Virus record (IMG/VR): IMGVR_UViG_3300025141_000026
Reading direction: 5' to 3' (one strand)
DNA: 64,000 nt
Source: a virus
Part shown: piece by piece, positions 37,501 through 49,000 of the stretch
Layout: each line of letters begins with the position of its first letter
Numbering within the stretch: position 1 is the stretch's first letter
Translations under genes and position numbers: made by a program
The notes under the pieces: model-generated
The model's database searches: none
What the model was told of the DNA's origin: nothing
The model's input: the letters and a program-made list of their open reading frames with translations, nothing else

Positions 37501-37957
37501 ACAACCAGTTTGAGTCTGGTGTTATATACATTGTCTGCTCATATTCCCCCCACACTTTGTTGTTTAATAATTTTGGTTGTTCATAGTAAACCGAGTATGG
37601 GATTTGTGCTCTTGCGGGGTCGGCACCGGGGATATCTTTTCCCTTTACCTTTCCTATATCGTTACTCAAGAAGACAATATTTGATTTATCATCTGTAAAA
37701 GTCCAGTATTTCCCGCCTATGTCTCTAAGTGTATCTGCAACATCGCCACCAGCCCCTCCCCAGAATGTTCCATAATCAAAATTTAATCTATTTTGAGATG
37801 TCCCATTTTCAGAAAAACTTGTGCCAATAATGAGTTTTTTTTCATTTGTTATCCCCAACGGTATAAAAGAGAAAGTCTCTGGGACTTCTACAGCACCAGT
37901 CTTTAGGTCTTTGGGGTTTATAAGTATTTTGGGCGGTTTTGGTATCTGTAGTGTCAT
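34520..37957 (-). CDS. Large hypothetical protein, probably virion structural (FN3-like C-terminal part)
   Basis: 1145-aa ORF with KKYYYMFRVVD.HG..SNPS motif. Confidence 0.6.
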   Translation of the reverse strand: MTLQIPKPPKILINPKDLKTGAVEVPETFSFIPLGITNEKKLIIGTSFSENGTSQNRLNFDYGTFWGGAGGDVADTLRDIGGKYWTFTDDKSNIVFLSNDIGKVKGKDIPGADPARAQIPYSVYYEQPKLLNNKVWGEYEQTMYITPDSNWLYGTFAQGVFNVSKDEIKQTFGAMSNEDILSMTNATIKEHGVQGSNLNLQESVDIYIEKVIETQSEQILMLIQDWWKRKLSILPPPVGSEVSKGPCAALLDFAELSANDPSISNTFGPQEICSPWLNPNQQYIDHVVDSYTPIVEDQSELSQMNLGIKTPFFSVSSEYNFYIKSYEDAIMDHNVPENLLPNMYVFIASFASKNVTDEHPDFLRYERIITLDGIVSEFSYDALKINENNILENNNLKEAPAASGQYFNYWSSNLTNEIKQFPNKLNILNQSVGKKQNLVFYPMQDTDILQNYNDQKFMFPMYNELEFSTGVTNVVGDTLRQTALSNHFMRYYSINNSKRFSDQSLFDNNSNVMREKIPFTIVEKKTSFSNFEGDKKTTSELQIDTNTLVDTTSMIAFLASVDFGNLIGDGKAGSVSNFGLTQEQIDYVKSTFNSSDLKNMFSENSIFVAKDENEEFLLSSPSNEMQRVMLSAILYGKIKKLEKQHHRSFAAMMSGDSNYTETIMYEVGKRQVGEDGTVGDLIQEYYFLNSSETDVIKFIDTQVSYGIQYQYDITAIVLSFGMNYEYKTPEIISEMNFDGTDYSDIAKYSESLPGTGTGPLRQPTEPKPQIDVNKKSVFAEGSTILASDVDPTDRTGAELNFDSETLTLTENLFDSKKAYNNIFTSAHVDPTISEIGGNFMTAKVKIRYRPDYRLLRLSYGSSRGVVIDKPPVFPDALITPYKGLNNKLLINLNQNVGEYSMKPIIIDPEEKEQYLKIAESQKVKITPFDSEPPIAYKSDDPLGDGGYFEVYRIDKKPSSYFDFADNLLTTIDGFHEAEVGHVSTDSASLRDDIKPNKKYYYMFRVVDVHGHVSNPSPIFEVEMVDDGGTVYMIQNIVELDEPDIKEVGKSFKKYLQVKPVFQQTLLSVPNSDSPLPSAYDYGEIGTEGDINLGTAQTALWGKKFKIRITSKSSGKQIDLNITFTKKQQNNLAENAEGGLFSKHRP

Positions 37958-37985
37958 GGATCTAGATGCTTCCTTTATTCTCTAA

Positions 37986-40900
37986 TTAGATTTTCTCCAT
38001 ATTAATGGCTTCTTCTTGGTAATCATCTGCGGGTGGACCACCTGCGGGTCCACCTAAAATTCCTTGAAGATTCATCCCTCCAAACGGACCTGCAACGGGA
38101 TTATCAGGGTTGAGGGCACTATTGCCGTCTGTAATTATAGAATTTTTCTCTGCTTGTATTTTTTCCTCTTCGGTCGGTTCTGTAATTGGAGGCAAGCTAT
38201 TTGCGTAATCCGCTGGGTTGTCATCTTCGGTTATTACCGGTGGCGGTGTTGAGACCGGAGATGACTGGGTGAAGCTCCCGTCATAAGAGGAAGGTTCGAG
38301 TATAAAAAACTCATCGAACACAGGCATTTCCAAACACTCCATTGGAACAATCCCATGCTCTGGCTTTGAATACGTCCTAAGTCTACAAAACATTTTTTTA
38401 CCTATGGAAGATGTATATGTCTCGGCATCTAGGGTCTTCCATATTGGACTATTAATTTGAGGCACATCAGGCGGAGTATCGATTACCATGGCAACAGAAA
38501 ATTCCATCGGAGTTGAAGGGGGGGGAGTAGCCCTTTCAAATCCTGCTAAGTATTCTACCCTTTTTATATTGCGATAGTTAAACCCAAAAACTGCTTTATA
38601 GTACGGATCTGTTGCCGGATTGCCATCTAAATTTCCCCACTTGCTTCTCACTCTAGCATCTGGGTTGTTTTGAAGTATCAACGCTTTTATTGGATTTGGT
38701 AACTCTCTAAGCCTTTGCCTCATCTTGGCAACATTCATTATGCCATCTTGCTGCAATAAATCTTTTTTTACTTTTCCAATTATGTTTGGGACTGGTCTAG
38801 TGTTTGATGATTGAAGGGTTACATTAAAATATCTAAAATCAAAGTTTGTCTCTTTAGAGTTCGTCTCTTGTGATGGTTTTTTAGTAGACGCTAAACCTCC
38901 ACACTGACTAGAATAACCATATATAAAGCTCAAGAAAGTCGATACTTCTGCGCCGCCTTTATATGATATGCTTAAAGGATTGTCCTGCACCTCACTCAGT
39001 TTTATATTGTTATTTTCTAGTGGGTCAGTATCATCTATTTCTTTTCCTAAATAAAGTGACATAAAAAGACCTGAATTATCAATTGTTGTATCTTGGGAAT
39101 TGGCTAATACATTATCCATCACTGCTACACAGTTTTTATTAGTTAATATTTGTTGTGCATGGTATTTCATCTTATCTGCCGCTTGAGATAATAACGTCTT
39201 GGTGTTTTGATTTACAGACGTATCATAAGGTGGAAGAATAGAGGTGTTGTTGTAGTTCATTATCTTTGTAGCCATATAACTATACCCCTTCTTATCGTAA
39301 AATGGTTGTGCGACAGGAGAGCCTTGGAATGGTGTTGAATCTTGCAAAAGAGAGTATTGAGGGGGCGTCTTCCCAGTAACATCTTCTGTGTCTCCTCCTG
39401 AAGAGACTCCGATGTTGATGGCAGAAGGAGATAAGTAAGAGAACAAACTATCGTATATAGTCCCCGGCACAACCGACTCTCCTGTGTCTGTGTCCACCAT
39501 GTCAAAAGACGATGGGTTTTCTACTTTGAAATATTTTAACATCTCTTGCCTCAGTCTTTCATTGAATGCCTGTCCGGGGATTGTCAACAATCCCCTGCCG
39601 GATGATGTAAATGATTTGCCGGTTGGTGTTAGGAAGTCATATCCATATTTTTTTGGAACTTCCGTGTCAAAAATATCATCAATCCAATATTGAATTTTTA
39701 TAATTCTTTTATCGGGTCTGCTTGACAGCACATTATCTGCCGACACCGCCAATTTTGTAGAGCCAGCCGCAATTTGACTAATTGCTGAAGAGTTCAAAGA
39801 AGTTCCTACCACTTGTGCTAATTTTGCTGCCGCGTTTAACAATAAATTCAGCAAAGTCTCAATCCCTCTTGGTGTCCCAGTTAGAGGTCGTGTCATTAGT
39901 ATCAATCTTTCTTTAGTGGACTCGCTGTCAAACGTTGTTGAATCTAGCTTGTATTCGTTTATAACATTTGTAAGTCTGTTACTAGCATACTCCCACGGTT
40001 TGAATTCCTGACCGGAATACTTTTGGTTTAGTGTGTCATTGAATTTTCCTGTGCGCGTATTATAATAGATATTTGGCGTTGTCGCCAATGTGTAATAAAT
40101 GGATAGTGCTTTGTAAGCCTCGATCAATTTTATAACACTGTTGATTATATAGATGCTTGATCGATCTAATATTTCCATTTCTATTCCATATTGATACTTA
40201 CCATCTGTAAAGTTTTTGATTTGAAAATCATCGGCTGCAAAATATCTAAACCCAAGAGTGCCTACATCAGACCCCATGTCTGGTGCTGTGATGTTTACTT
40301 CTTGTATACTGTTTGTATTTGCTGTGGGGTTTGAGCTAAAATCTCCTGCCATTCCGTTTTGTAAAATCTTTTCAGATCCCATGCTTATTGTGGAGATTAC
40401 CTCTTCGGCATCAATGTGTGGCTCCCCCAAGTAGCCAGTTTTGAAAGGTATCTCTTTAGCGTTATATGTCCCCAATCTATTTGATCGTGGAACAACATCA
40501 ACTCTCTTTCTTTTTATGGACATATTCAATACTTGTGCAAACAACCTGTGTGACATTAGGCTAAAAACGTTTGTTGTTTTGGGCAATATGCCACCATATA
40601 AAGTAAGGTCTCTAACCAGCGAATAATAATCAACCCCGAACATAAATCTAGCATTTCCATCAAAATCTCTAGAAACATAATTTTTTGTAAAATAAGGTGG
40701 CGATTTATAAGCGTCAGTCTTGTCTCTCGTTACTTTATGTGCATTAGCTAAAGAGAATTCGTTGCTTTGTAAAAAAGATAAATTAAATTTTATTTTTTGT
40801 ATTTCTTCAGAAATTCTAAAATCTTGTATTTTATTGTTAGAAACTGCTTTTTTCACCAACTCTTGTGCGGTTGCTGCGTCTGGTTCTGTGTAGAACAGGT

Positions 40901-41873
40901 TGTTTACTTTATAGACTTGACCGGTCCATATTTCTGAAGTTGATTTCAGCATATAAATGAAGTTTGTGCTCGCTATTTTGCCATTGCGAAATATATCTTG
41001 TACGGCTCGTTTTCCCACTGTGGGGCTGTTCAATTTTAGAAACGAAAGGTCTAGCCCAAACGTGTCTTCCATATTTTGCAAGTTTAGAGAACATGCAGCC
41101 ACAACAGACAAATTATTTGGTGTATCTGTTGAATATTGATAAGTCTTACTAAACCGATAATTTTTTATCTTTTTTCCACTGTCGTCCACTTCTAGTTCCG
41201 CAGATAGGGCAGATTGTTGTAGGACGCCTTTTAGTGTCATTTTTTCACTTGTTATCGTATTTTTTTCAACGAAAGATAAGACTTGGCTAGAAACACTTGT
41301 GGCGTTTGCTCCCGACTTATATTGAAGACCCGAATATGGTGTTTGGAAAGATTCTTCTTTTAGACCCATTCCAATTAGTTTTTGCTTCTCTTCCTCTGTT
41401 AGAAGCCCTTGTTGTATTAGAGGTATGATAGCAAACATTAGATTGAATTTCAAAATACTTTTGTTATTTTCTGTATCTATATTTGATCCTACTGATAGGA
41501 TTTTAGACGCCAAGGTATCTTCTAATAAAACAAAATATGTATTAGTGTAGTTTTGCAGATCTCCATCGTTGGACCAAGTGGATAAAAGCTCCCCTATTGA
41601 TCCATCAATACCATCTTTTATCACATAATCAACAGTTATTTTTAAAGATTTGTCTGTGGGGATTGGATAACTAAATTCTTCGTAGTATTCCTCTATTCCA
41701 GTTTGAATCCCTTCAGAAATACTTGTTGGAGCTTTTCTATTTGTGTGTGCAAGAATACGATCTTTTTTATCTGCGCGGAAAACGGATCTCCCGTTCTCTA
41801 AAGTTACTTTGTTAATGTATATCGATGGTACAATATTACCAAAAATACTCTTGTCGTTACTTAATACTGCCAC
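37986..41873 (-). CDS. Large hypothetical protein, probably virion structural
   Basis: 1295-aa ORF within the tail/baseplate cluster. Confidence 0.6.
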   Translation of the reverse strand: MAVLSNDKSIFGNIVPSIYINKVTLENGRSVFRADKKDRILAHTNRKAPTSISEGIQTGIEEYYEEFSYPIPTDKSLKITVDYVIKDGIDGSIGELLSTWSNDGDLQNYTNTYFVLLEDTLASKILSVGSNIDTENNKSILKFNLMFAIIPLIQQGLLTEEEKQKLIGMGLKEESFQTPYSGLQYKSGANATSVSSQVLSFVEKNTITSEKMTLKGVLQQSALSAELEVDDSGKKIKNYRFSKTYQYSTDTPNNLSVVAACSLNLQNMEDTFGLDLSFLKLNSPTVGKRAVQDIFRNGKIASTNFIYMLKSTSEIWTGQVYKVNNLFYTEPDAATAQELVKKAVSNNKIQDFRISEEIQKIKFNLSFLQSNEFSLANAHKVTRDKTDAYKSPPYFTKNYVSRDFDGNARFMFGVDYYSLVRDLTLYGGILPKTTNVFSLMSHRLFAQVLNMSIKRKRVDVVPRSNRLGTYNAKEIPFKTGYLGEPHIDAEEVISTISMGSEKILQNGMAGDFSSNPTANTNSIQEVNITAPDMGSDVGTLGFRYFAADDFQIKNFTDGKYQYGIEMEILDRSSIYIINSVIKLIEAYKALSIYYTLATTPNIYYNTRTGKFNDTLNQKYSGQEFKPWEYASNRLTNVINEYKLDSTTFDSESTKERLILMTRPLTGTPRGIETLLNLLLNAAAKLAQVVGTSLNSSAISQIAAGSTKLAVSADNVLSSRPDKRIIKIQYWIDDIFDTEVPKKYGYDFLTPTGKSFTSSGRGLLTIPGQAFNERLRQEMLKYFKVENPSSFDMVDTDTGESVVPGTIYDSLFSYLSPSAINIGVSSGGDTEDVTGKTPPQYSLLQDSTPFQGSPVAQPFYDKKGYSYMATKIMNYNNTSILPPYDTSVNQNTKTLLSQAADKMKYHAQQILTNKNCVAVMDNVLANSQDTTIDNSGLFMSLYLGKEIDDTDPLENNNIKLSEVQDNPLSISYKGGAEVSTFLSFIYGYSSQCGGLASTKKPSQETNSKETNFDFRYFNVTLQSSNTRPVPNIIGKVKKDLLQQDGIMNVAKMRQRLRELPNPIKALILQNNPDARVRSKWGNLDGNPATDPYYKAVFGFNYRNIKRVEYLAGFERATPPPSTPMEFSVAMVIDTPPDVPQINSPIWKTLDAETYTSSIGKKMFCRLRTYSKPEHGIVPMECLEMPVFDEFFILEPSSYDGSFTQSSPVSTPPPVITEDDNPADYANSLPPITEPTEEEKIQAEKNSIITDGNSALNPDNPVAGPFGGMNLQGILGGPAGGPPADDYQEEAINMEKI

Positions 41874-41876
41874 TTT

Positions 41877-42989
41877 CTAGCACTCCTCGATTTCTTCTTC
41901 TGTTACTCCACTATCATAAACATCTTCCAGACTACTTTCTACAGTTCTTCTGATTACATCTAGGTCTGGGCATTCGTACATGTCATCATAAATATTACCG
42001 TCTTTTCTTTCGTCCTGTATGACTGGGCAAATATCTTGTTCTGCTATTTCAAAATCAGCATTTATATCAAAGAAATATTTTATAAAAGAAGTATCTCCCG
42101 TTATATTTGGCATCTTGAGTTTTGGTTCTCCAGTTAGGGAATTTGATAATACCTTTTTAGGGAAATACATAGGAGCCAAAATATCTTTTTTCCTGCTAGT
42201 GATGTCAAGAGAATCAGTCATTTCGTACACTTCAATTTCAAAATTATCATTTTTGAAGTCTACATTCAATTCTTCAAGCTTTATTAAAAGTTGTTTTTGA
42301 GCAACTTTTATGCTAGTCCCATCCGGAAAGTCCAACACATCAACAACATAATCACTTTGTATATTTCTCAACCTTTCCTCTCGGGAGGCTGCTTTTCTTT
42401 TTTCTGTTTGTGCTTGTCTAAAAGCTTTTGTTTCTTCCTCTGACTGTATTGAAATAATGTATTCTAAATCTATATCTACTTGTGGTATTTTTTTAGGTAC
42501 CGCATCGGCAGAGCTAGTTAGCAATGAAGTTGACCCACTTATTTCACCCTTGTACATCATCAGTTTCCATGCTGGGATAAAATCGCTACTCAAAGAAGAA
42601 TTTGCTATACAATTATATGAGGAAAAATTTCTATCATTTTTTACTTCAAATTCTTTTATGCTTGGAGATTTTTTGCCAACAAACACAGCGTTCCCCTCAT
42701 TGATGAACTCCCCTGATCTTATCAACATGTTGTTTCTTTGTATTTCTGTTTCTATACCGGCAAACACGTATTGTGTTTTAGTTCTTGGCATTTCTTTGAT
42801 TCTAACCTCTATTTCGTTTTGTTTGCTTCCGGTCTCGTTTGTCATTCCGGCGAACTGATTGTCGTAAATAATATCATCATCATAAAAAGCATAGTAGTAA
42901 GGTTCAAATTCTCCTTTGGAGAGTAGTTGTTTGCCATATTGCGTAAGTTCTATTTCTAGCACATCTTCTTTTTTGTTAAAAAATGTCAT
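41877..42989 (-). CDS. Hypothetical baseplate-associated protein
   Basis: MTFFNKKEDVLEIELTQYGKQLLSKG.F...YYAFYDDDIIYD N-terminus. Confidence 0.6.
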   Translation of the reverse strand: MTFFNKKEDVLEIELTQYGKQLLSKGEFEPYYYAFYDDDIIYDNQFAGMTNETGSKQNEIEVRIKEMPRTKTQYVFAGIETEIQRNNMLIRSGEFINEGNAVFVGKKSPSIKEFEVKNDRNFSSYNCIANSSLSSDFIPAWKLMMYKGEISGSTSLLTSSADAVPKKIPQVDIDLEYIISIQSEEETKAFRQAQTEKRKAASREERLRNIQSDYVVDVLDFPDGTSIKVAQKQLLIKLEELNVDFKNDNFEIEVYEMTDSLDITSRKKDILAPMYFPKKVLSNSLTGEPKLKMPNITGDTSFIKYFFDINADFEIAEQDICPVIQDERKDGNIYDDMYECPDLDVIRRTVESSLEDVYDSGVTEEEIEEC

Positions 42990-43000
42990 TTCTACTCTCC

Positions 43001-46000
43001 CTATAATATTGGTTCATTGCCAATATCATTTATTTTATTTTCAACTTCTTTGTCCGTTTGTCCCCTGTCTATATCCCCTGTATTGAGAAAGACTTTCTTC
43101 ACATCCGCTGGTGAAAAGGATTGGTCTTTGGCTAAATCGGGATCCTTTTTCTTAGGTGGATCATTTATTTCTGGTGCTGGATCGACAGTTATATCTGGTG
43201 GTGTTATGGGGACATTGCCTCCGATTTGTACGCCAGCATCGATCTTTGCTAATTCCACCAAACTAAAGAAGTCATATGGCCAATTATAGCTATAAGTTGT
43301 CTCCTCCAATGCCCCATCAACAAATTTGTCCATGCCCAATGTTTTACTTATAGCATTATTATAACTATATTTTGCTCTCTGTTTTACCTTGAAGATCATC
43401 CATCTGACCTCTTTTGTGATTGACTTTCCTAGCAATAACTCATTGTTTGTAAGAAAGTGAGTTATCTTTGAAGTTTGTTTTTCGGCTTTTACAGATATCT
43501 TTGGCATAACTCCCTGCCATATATCAGCCAAGTCCTGCTTATCTAAAGTGTGGCTAAACTCAAATATATACATTTGAAATGGGGTTAGATTTTCGTTATT
43601 GATAAAGTCAAGAGACGGCGGGAAGACGTACTTCTGCATTCTTTCTATTTGATCAATAATAGAGTGACCCGGAGTATAAACCGCAGGATCTAATGGATCT
43701 CTCTTGCCTAAGATGGCATCTACAACATGGCGACCTTTTGTTTTTGCAACGACTAAATCTTCAGCAGGAACTAATGGATAGAATATTTTTTTATCCCCAT
43801 TCACAGTAAAAGGTATCGCCACAACTGCTTCAAATATTTCTTTCTCTCCAGTTATCTCCCCAATACGTTTCGCCTCAGTATTGGGGAACAAAACTTGCCT
43901 CAATGAACCGATCTGTGCTTCTGTAGTTGGTGATAAACCCAAGGCAGAAAGAGGGTTGCCCCCATTGAATGGAGGGGCAAACGTAGGAAATGGATCTGTT
44001 AAGTCGTAATATATACCCTCTCCAGAAGAAGGAAATTCTCCGTATCCTCTCCACATCCCACGAGTATGAAGGTTTGCGTCTGCAAATGTTGTTCCAGTGT
44101 TCCCACTGAAATTCATGACAGGACACTCGAACTTGGGAGATATCACCCATTTTGATTCTTCCTGTCCAACTTGTGTGGTGGTTGGTCTTCCAAGAGCGTC
44201 AAATGCAAAGACGGGCTTTCCAACCACATTGAAAAGATTCATTGATGAATTTATTTGCATTTGGTATCTTGTTGCAAGAGAGAACTGATCTGTATTGGAG
44301 CCGCCTTCTCCCGGTCCATTTTTGGTGGGATCAAGAATTCCGAATGTCAAGTAATTGCTCTGATCTAATTCATAATTATTGAAAAATGTTGATCCACTAG
44401 TTGCTATATAGCCAACAATCTCACTAAGAGTAAACGAAGAATTCTTTCCGCCCACATCTAATGATTCGTTTGGTGCTAATTCTGTAAATTCATGTGGAGA
44501 AAATTTACATCTAACTGTAGACTTGCCATAAAAATATGGTGGAGTATAGGCAGCATTGGCTGGGTCACAACGAAAAGCATTGTTCATTCCAAAGGTCAGT
44601 GTCGATCTGTCAGCCATTCTTTGTAAGAGCGGTGGACCATAATGAATTCCTCTTGCTGATGCGGTGTTTCCTTGTGAACTAGTATTATTTAACCTGTGTG
44701 GTCCTTCATACATAACCATATCTGGTGTTTTATAAAGTTCGATATCCATATAATAATTGACACCAGATAGAAAACTAGCCATTGAGGTTGATTCTATGTT
44801 TGAAAACTTGCCCTCTTCCAAAAAGAAATTTGGCACTTCAGCTAAAAAGTTGTTCATTGCTAATGTGTAGTTGTCTTTGTTGTTGCCGTTCCAAACAGCA
44901 TAAGCTCCACTAATTCGTGGGGCACCAGTGTACAATCTGGCGTCTAGGTAGTTTATTCTTTCGGGCTTGTCACTAACTGTGGTCAATTTGTTTTTTGATG
45001 CTAAATAATTTTGAGGATATAATAACGCTTCAAATGGTATTCTAAATGAGCCAGTATCCGTTTGGACAACATCTCCGCCCCCGGCACCACCAAAGTTATC
45101 GATATTTGTAGATCCAGTAAATGTCATCCAGTCAACAGCAATACCTGATTTGACTGTGTTATACAGAATACCCGGATTGAAAAAAGGTTGCATAAACGCA
45201 CTCACTCTTTCAGTGTTTGGATTAGAAGAGAAAATTTCACTTCCTTCTAGAAACGGAGCAAATGATTGTGACATTAGGCTTCCTAGCTGAACTGTCCTAT
45301 TCATTGGATAAAAGCCGTTGTATGGCAATAATTTCTTAATTCCACTGCACTTTACGGTTATCTTGGTTTGCTTGGCGACCCCATCATGTTGTTCTCGAAT
45401 AACGTCAAAGTGTTTGATAAAATCACTGTGTGTGTAGATATCAAAGAAATCGGCATCAAATGGGTCGGTTTCAGATTCCGCAGATTGGGATAAGTGCCCA
45501 CCCTCAAGTGTCAAGTATTTATTATTTTTAGACGTAGCACCAAAGAAAGTACCCTTATCTAGATAGTAGTCCATGTGTTGAGATATTCTAAATTCTGGGA
45601 GGACCGTGTGGTCTTGCCCAAACAACCTAATATCAGATGCATATTCTTCATAAGAATCGAACCATGGCTTCTTACCTGACAGTCTTCCTGTGTCCCAATT
45701 TGGAATAAACTCTGAGTAGAATTCTCCATCAGACCCTCCTTCTGCCGCAGATGACGACATGAAAGCGTGATACTCGTAAGTGAAGGAGGCTGTTGGGGAC
45801 AATAATGCGGTTCTATCTATTTGGTATTGCAACATTGATGTGCTAAAGCTATCTACAGAAAGTGCACCATGATTCGTCCCTGTGAGTTGTGAGTAATCAA
45901 TTGTTGCCCCTGTCATTCTATCTCCAACATCAAGGGGGTGAACACTAAAAGCAGTGGCGAATTCCGGTCTGGGCGTACCCACTACAGGGGGTGATAGTGT

Positions 46001-49000
46001 GATAAGCGTTTCAGTATAACCAAGTGCGTTTCTTGCTACGCCATCTGTTCTTTGTCTATTTCCTAGTGCGTCTCTCCAGAACGTTCTTTGATCTCCAAGA
46101 ATTGAAGTATAGTCAGTTGAGGTTATGTCCTCATTGTATGAAGTTCTTCCTCTTGTTTTTGCCAAATAGGTGTGTTGCTCTTTTGGGTATATTGTTTCTT
46201 TATAGATTAAGTGCCTAAACCCTTTTATTGGATTTGACGCTTGTGGGACTGTACCCTTTACTGTGAACTCTAATAAGTTATCATATACCTGCTGTCCCGG
46301 TGGCTCAATTCTATTCGCAGTATTCATGTCATTCATTAGGTCTGGGTTTGCAAAATAATCAAAATTATTAGCATATGAATGGTCAATTGAAAGTGGTGCG
46401 ATTTCTTTGTTATCGTTTATTACATTTAGAGCGTGTCGCATTGGCTTGTATTTTGAAGACAGCGGAGGCTCAATATAATTTTGTATTGTCAGTTCTGCGC
46501 CTAACATGTCATGTGTTTTGCCTTTTAGACCTTGATAGCTGTTGTCAGTCAAATCTCTATAATTCAACTTTGGAAAGATTGTTGAATTAAAAAGTGTTGT
46601 TGCATGACCCTTGTTTTTGCTTATAAAAGGCTTAGGGTTTCTAACTGACAATGAATATGTATTTGTGTCTTTTAAGTGTCTTACAATTGGATGATACATG
46701 TTTCTAATTTGCTTAAAGACAGGGAAACCGACTCCGCCACCAGCGTTTAGAAGACCTGCGTTCAGTAAAACACTTTCACCTATTCCGTTGGGGCCCATTT
46801 GTCCATTGTCCAAGAGACCATTTTGTATCGTGTTGTCAGAAAACTGTGTTGAATCTGCAACTACAATAGTGTTTAGACCCGCAAAATCTACCGGTAAAAA
46901 CCTGACCCCGGTGCCAATTGCTTGCAATAATGTTATCCCGTAGCCATAAGTCACTCCGGAACTACCAACCGCGCCAAAATTACTGGCGCTGGCAAAGTTT
47001 ACAGCAGATTCAAATCCACCAGCAGAAGAGGACACTTTACCGCTGTATGGAAAGTAGCCAAGACCAAATCCATTTGATGGGTCCTGAGATAACACAGACG
47101 CTGTGATCCAAGAATACTGAAAATCACTTCTTGGAATCATGTGGGTAATAAACCCATTATCAAACGTGGAGCCTGTTGCATAATCTTGATTTACAGTTCC
47201 ATCCGGGTTGAGATATGTTGCACCGTTGTTCATCTCAATTCTACGCAGTCTGTTCCTATATGTTTTATGGAAAGCGGGAGTGGTGGATGCCTGATTATCA
47301 TACCCGCCAAATGCTGTCCGTCTTGAAAGCAGTGACGTTAAGCCAAGCGAAGAGGTTGACCAAGTGTTTGTGCTTATCTCGACACCAAGGGTCTGGACTT
47401 GTTTTTTATATGCCCCAATCCCTCTAACAGATAAGTTTCTAAATGGCATTGCGTTGTATGCAGACATCTCTTCTGCAAACGGGTCTAGATATCCACGAGA
47501 CATTGCCTCGTAACTTCCCGGCGCAGAGAATCTTTCAACAAAGACTGTATCTGTTGTTTTTCTTTCCGCCAGTTGATAATCATAAAATAGATTTCTTACA
47601 AAAGATATCTCAGGTGTTGGCAGCAGTCCGGGCAGCAGTGTTTGACTTGTATATCCAAAACCAACCCCTTGCTGCTCTACAAAATATTTATTATTTGCTG
47701 TTCTACCAGAGGTTTGTAAAACATCGTATTGGTGAGAATAATTTCCAACTGGTCCGTGAAAAAGAGCACCATCCAAACGAGTGTCAACAGTCGCTGTTGT
47801 TTGCAAAATATTCTTGATTACAACGGGTCTTTTTGCTATAAAATCTCTATAGTAAGGAGCATTTATACCACCCAAAGCACCGACAGCGCCGTTATAATGA
47901 TTTCTGAACTGCATTTGGGAGTGCACTGTTGGAGGCAAGACTATTTTCCAAGCTTCTGGTCTATGATGCATGGAGTTTGTTGTAATATCTCTTCCGTCAT
48001 TTATTCTGACGTGTCTATGTGGGTTTCCACCTTCCCACCTTTCTGTAAAGGTCCCTTGCATTGGCTCTTCCGCAAGAGTTCCATATCCATCATGATGGTG
48101 GTTTACAACAACAACCTTTTGGTCTTTTGGATCCCCACTGCCTCCGGGTTCCCAACTGTTTAAATAAACATCAGTAGTAGAACCTGTGGTGTAAAGATTA
48201 AAAGGTACAATTGTGTTTATTTTTTGCACATCTAAAATGGCACCCGCTGTAACACTATATTTGTAACCGAATGATGATTTTACTTTATTTTTGTTTCTAA
48301 GTTCATCATTGTCAGCACAGTGGCGGTCGTCAGTGTGCCTGTCGTCTACATATAATTGACTTCCAGTGACCAATACTACATTTTGATTTCCGAATTGTAG
48401 AAACCCTTTCCAATAATCAACCTTTTTATTTGCATCAAAGTTTACACCACCCTTAATTTGCTTGGTGAATGAAACGCCTTCTCTGTATGGTTTTGACAAT
48501 TTACGAAGAACATAGGTTGACCCTTCGTATCTTTTTAGATATGATCCACTATTGTCTGTTGTCGCTCTATCTAAAATTGTTTGTCTACCTGTGTTCACAG
48601 AGGCAACACTGGAGCTTAGGGCAGCGATTGTTTTTTCTGCCCTTTGATTAAACCATAAGCAGTTATCTTTTTGCTTTTTGTCATCAGACACATCTGTTGG
48701 GGCATGCCCAAATTTCCAGTTATATGTAAGCTCATTGATACCAAGCGCTGGGACTTCTGGGTCTTCCTGCTTGGTTTCTAATGTTGGGAATTTATTTCTG
48801 TATGCATTTCTTTCTAGAACATGACTTTCGACAACTGTTCTTAAGTCATCTGCATAGTTTGCTGATACTGGGAAAAGCTGTTCCAAGAATTTTGTAATCG
48901 CTGCATCAATCCACTTATAGAAATCAACATATTTATCTAGATCAGGAGAGTTGCCTATACTTTCAAAAAATAGGCTTTTCAACTTATCCATGTCTTTATA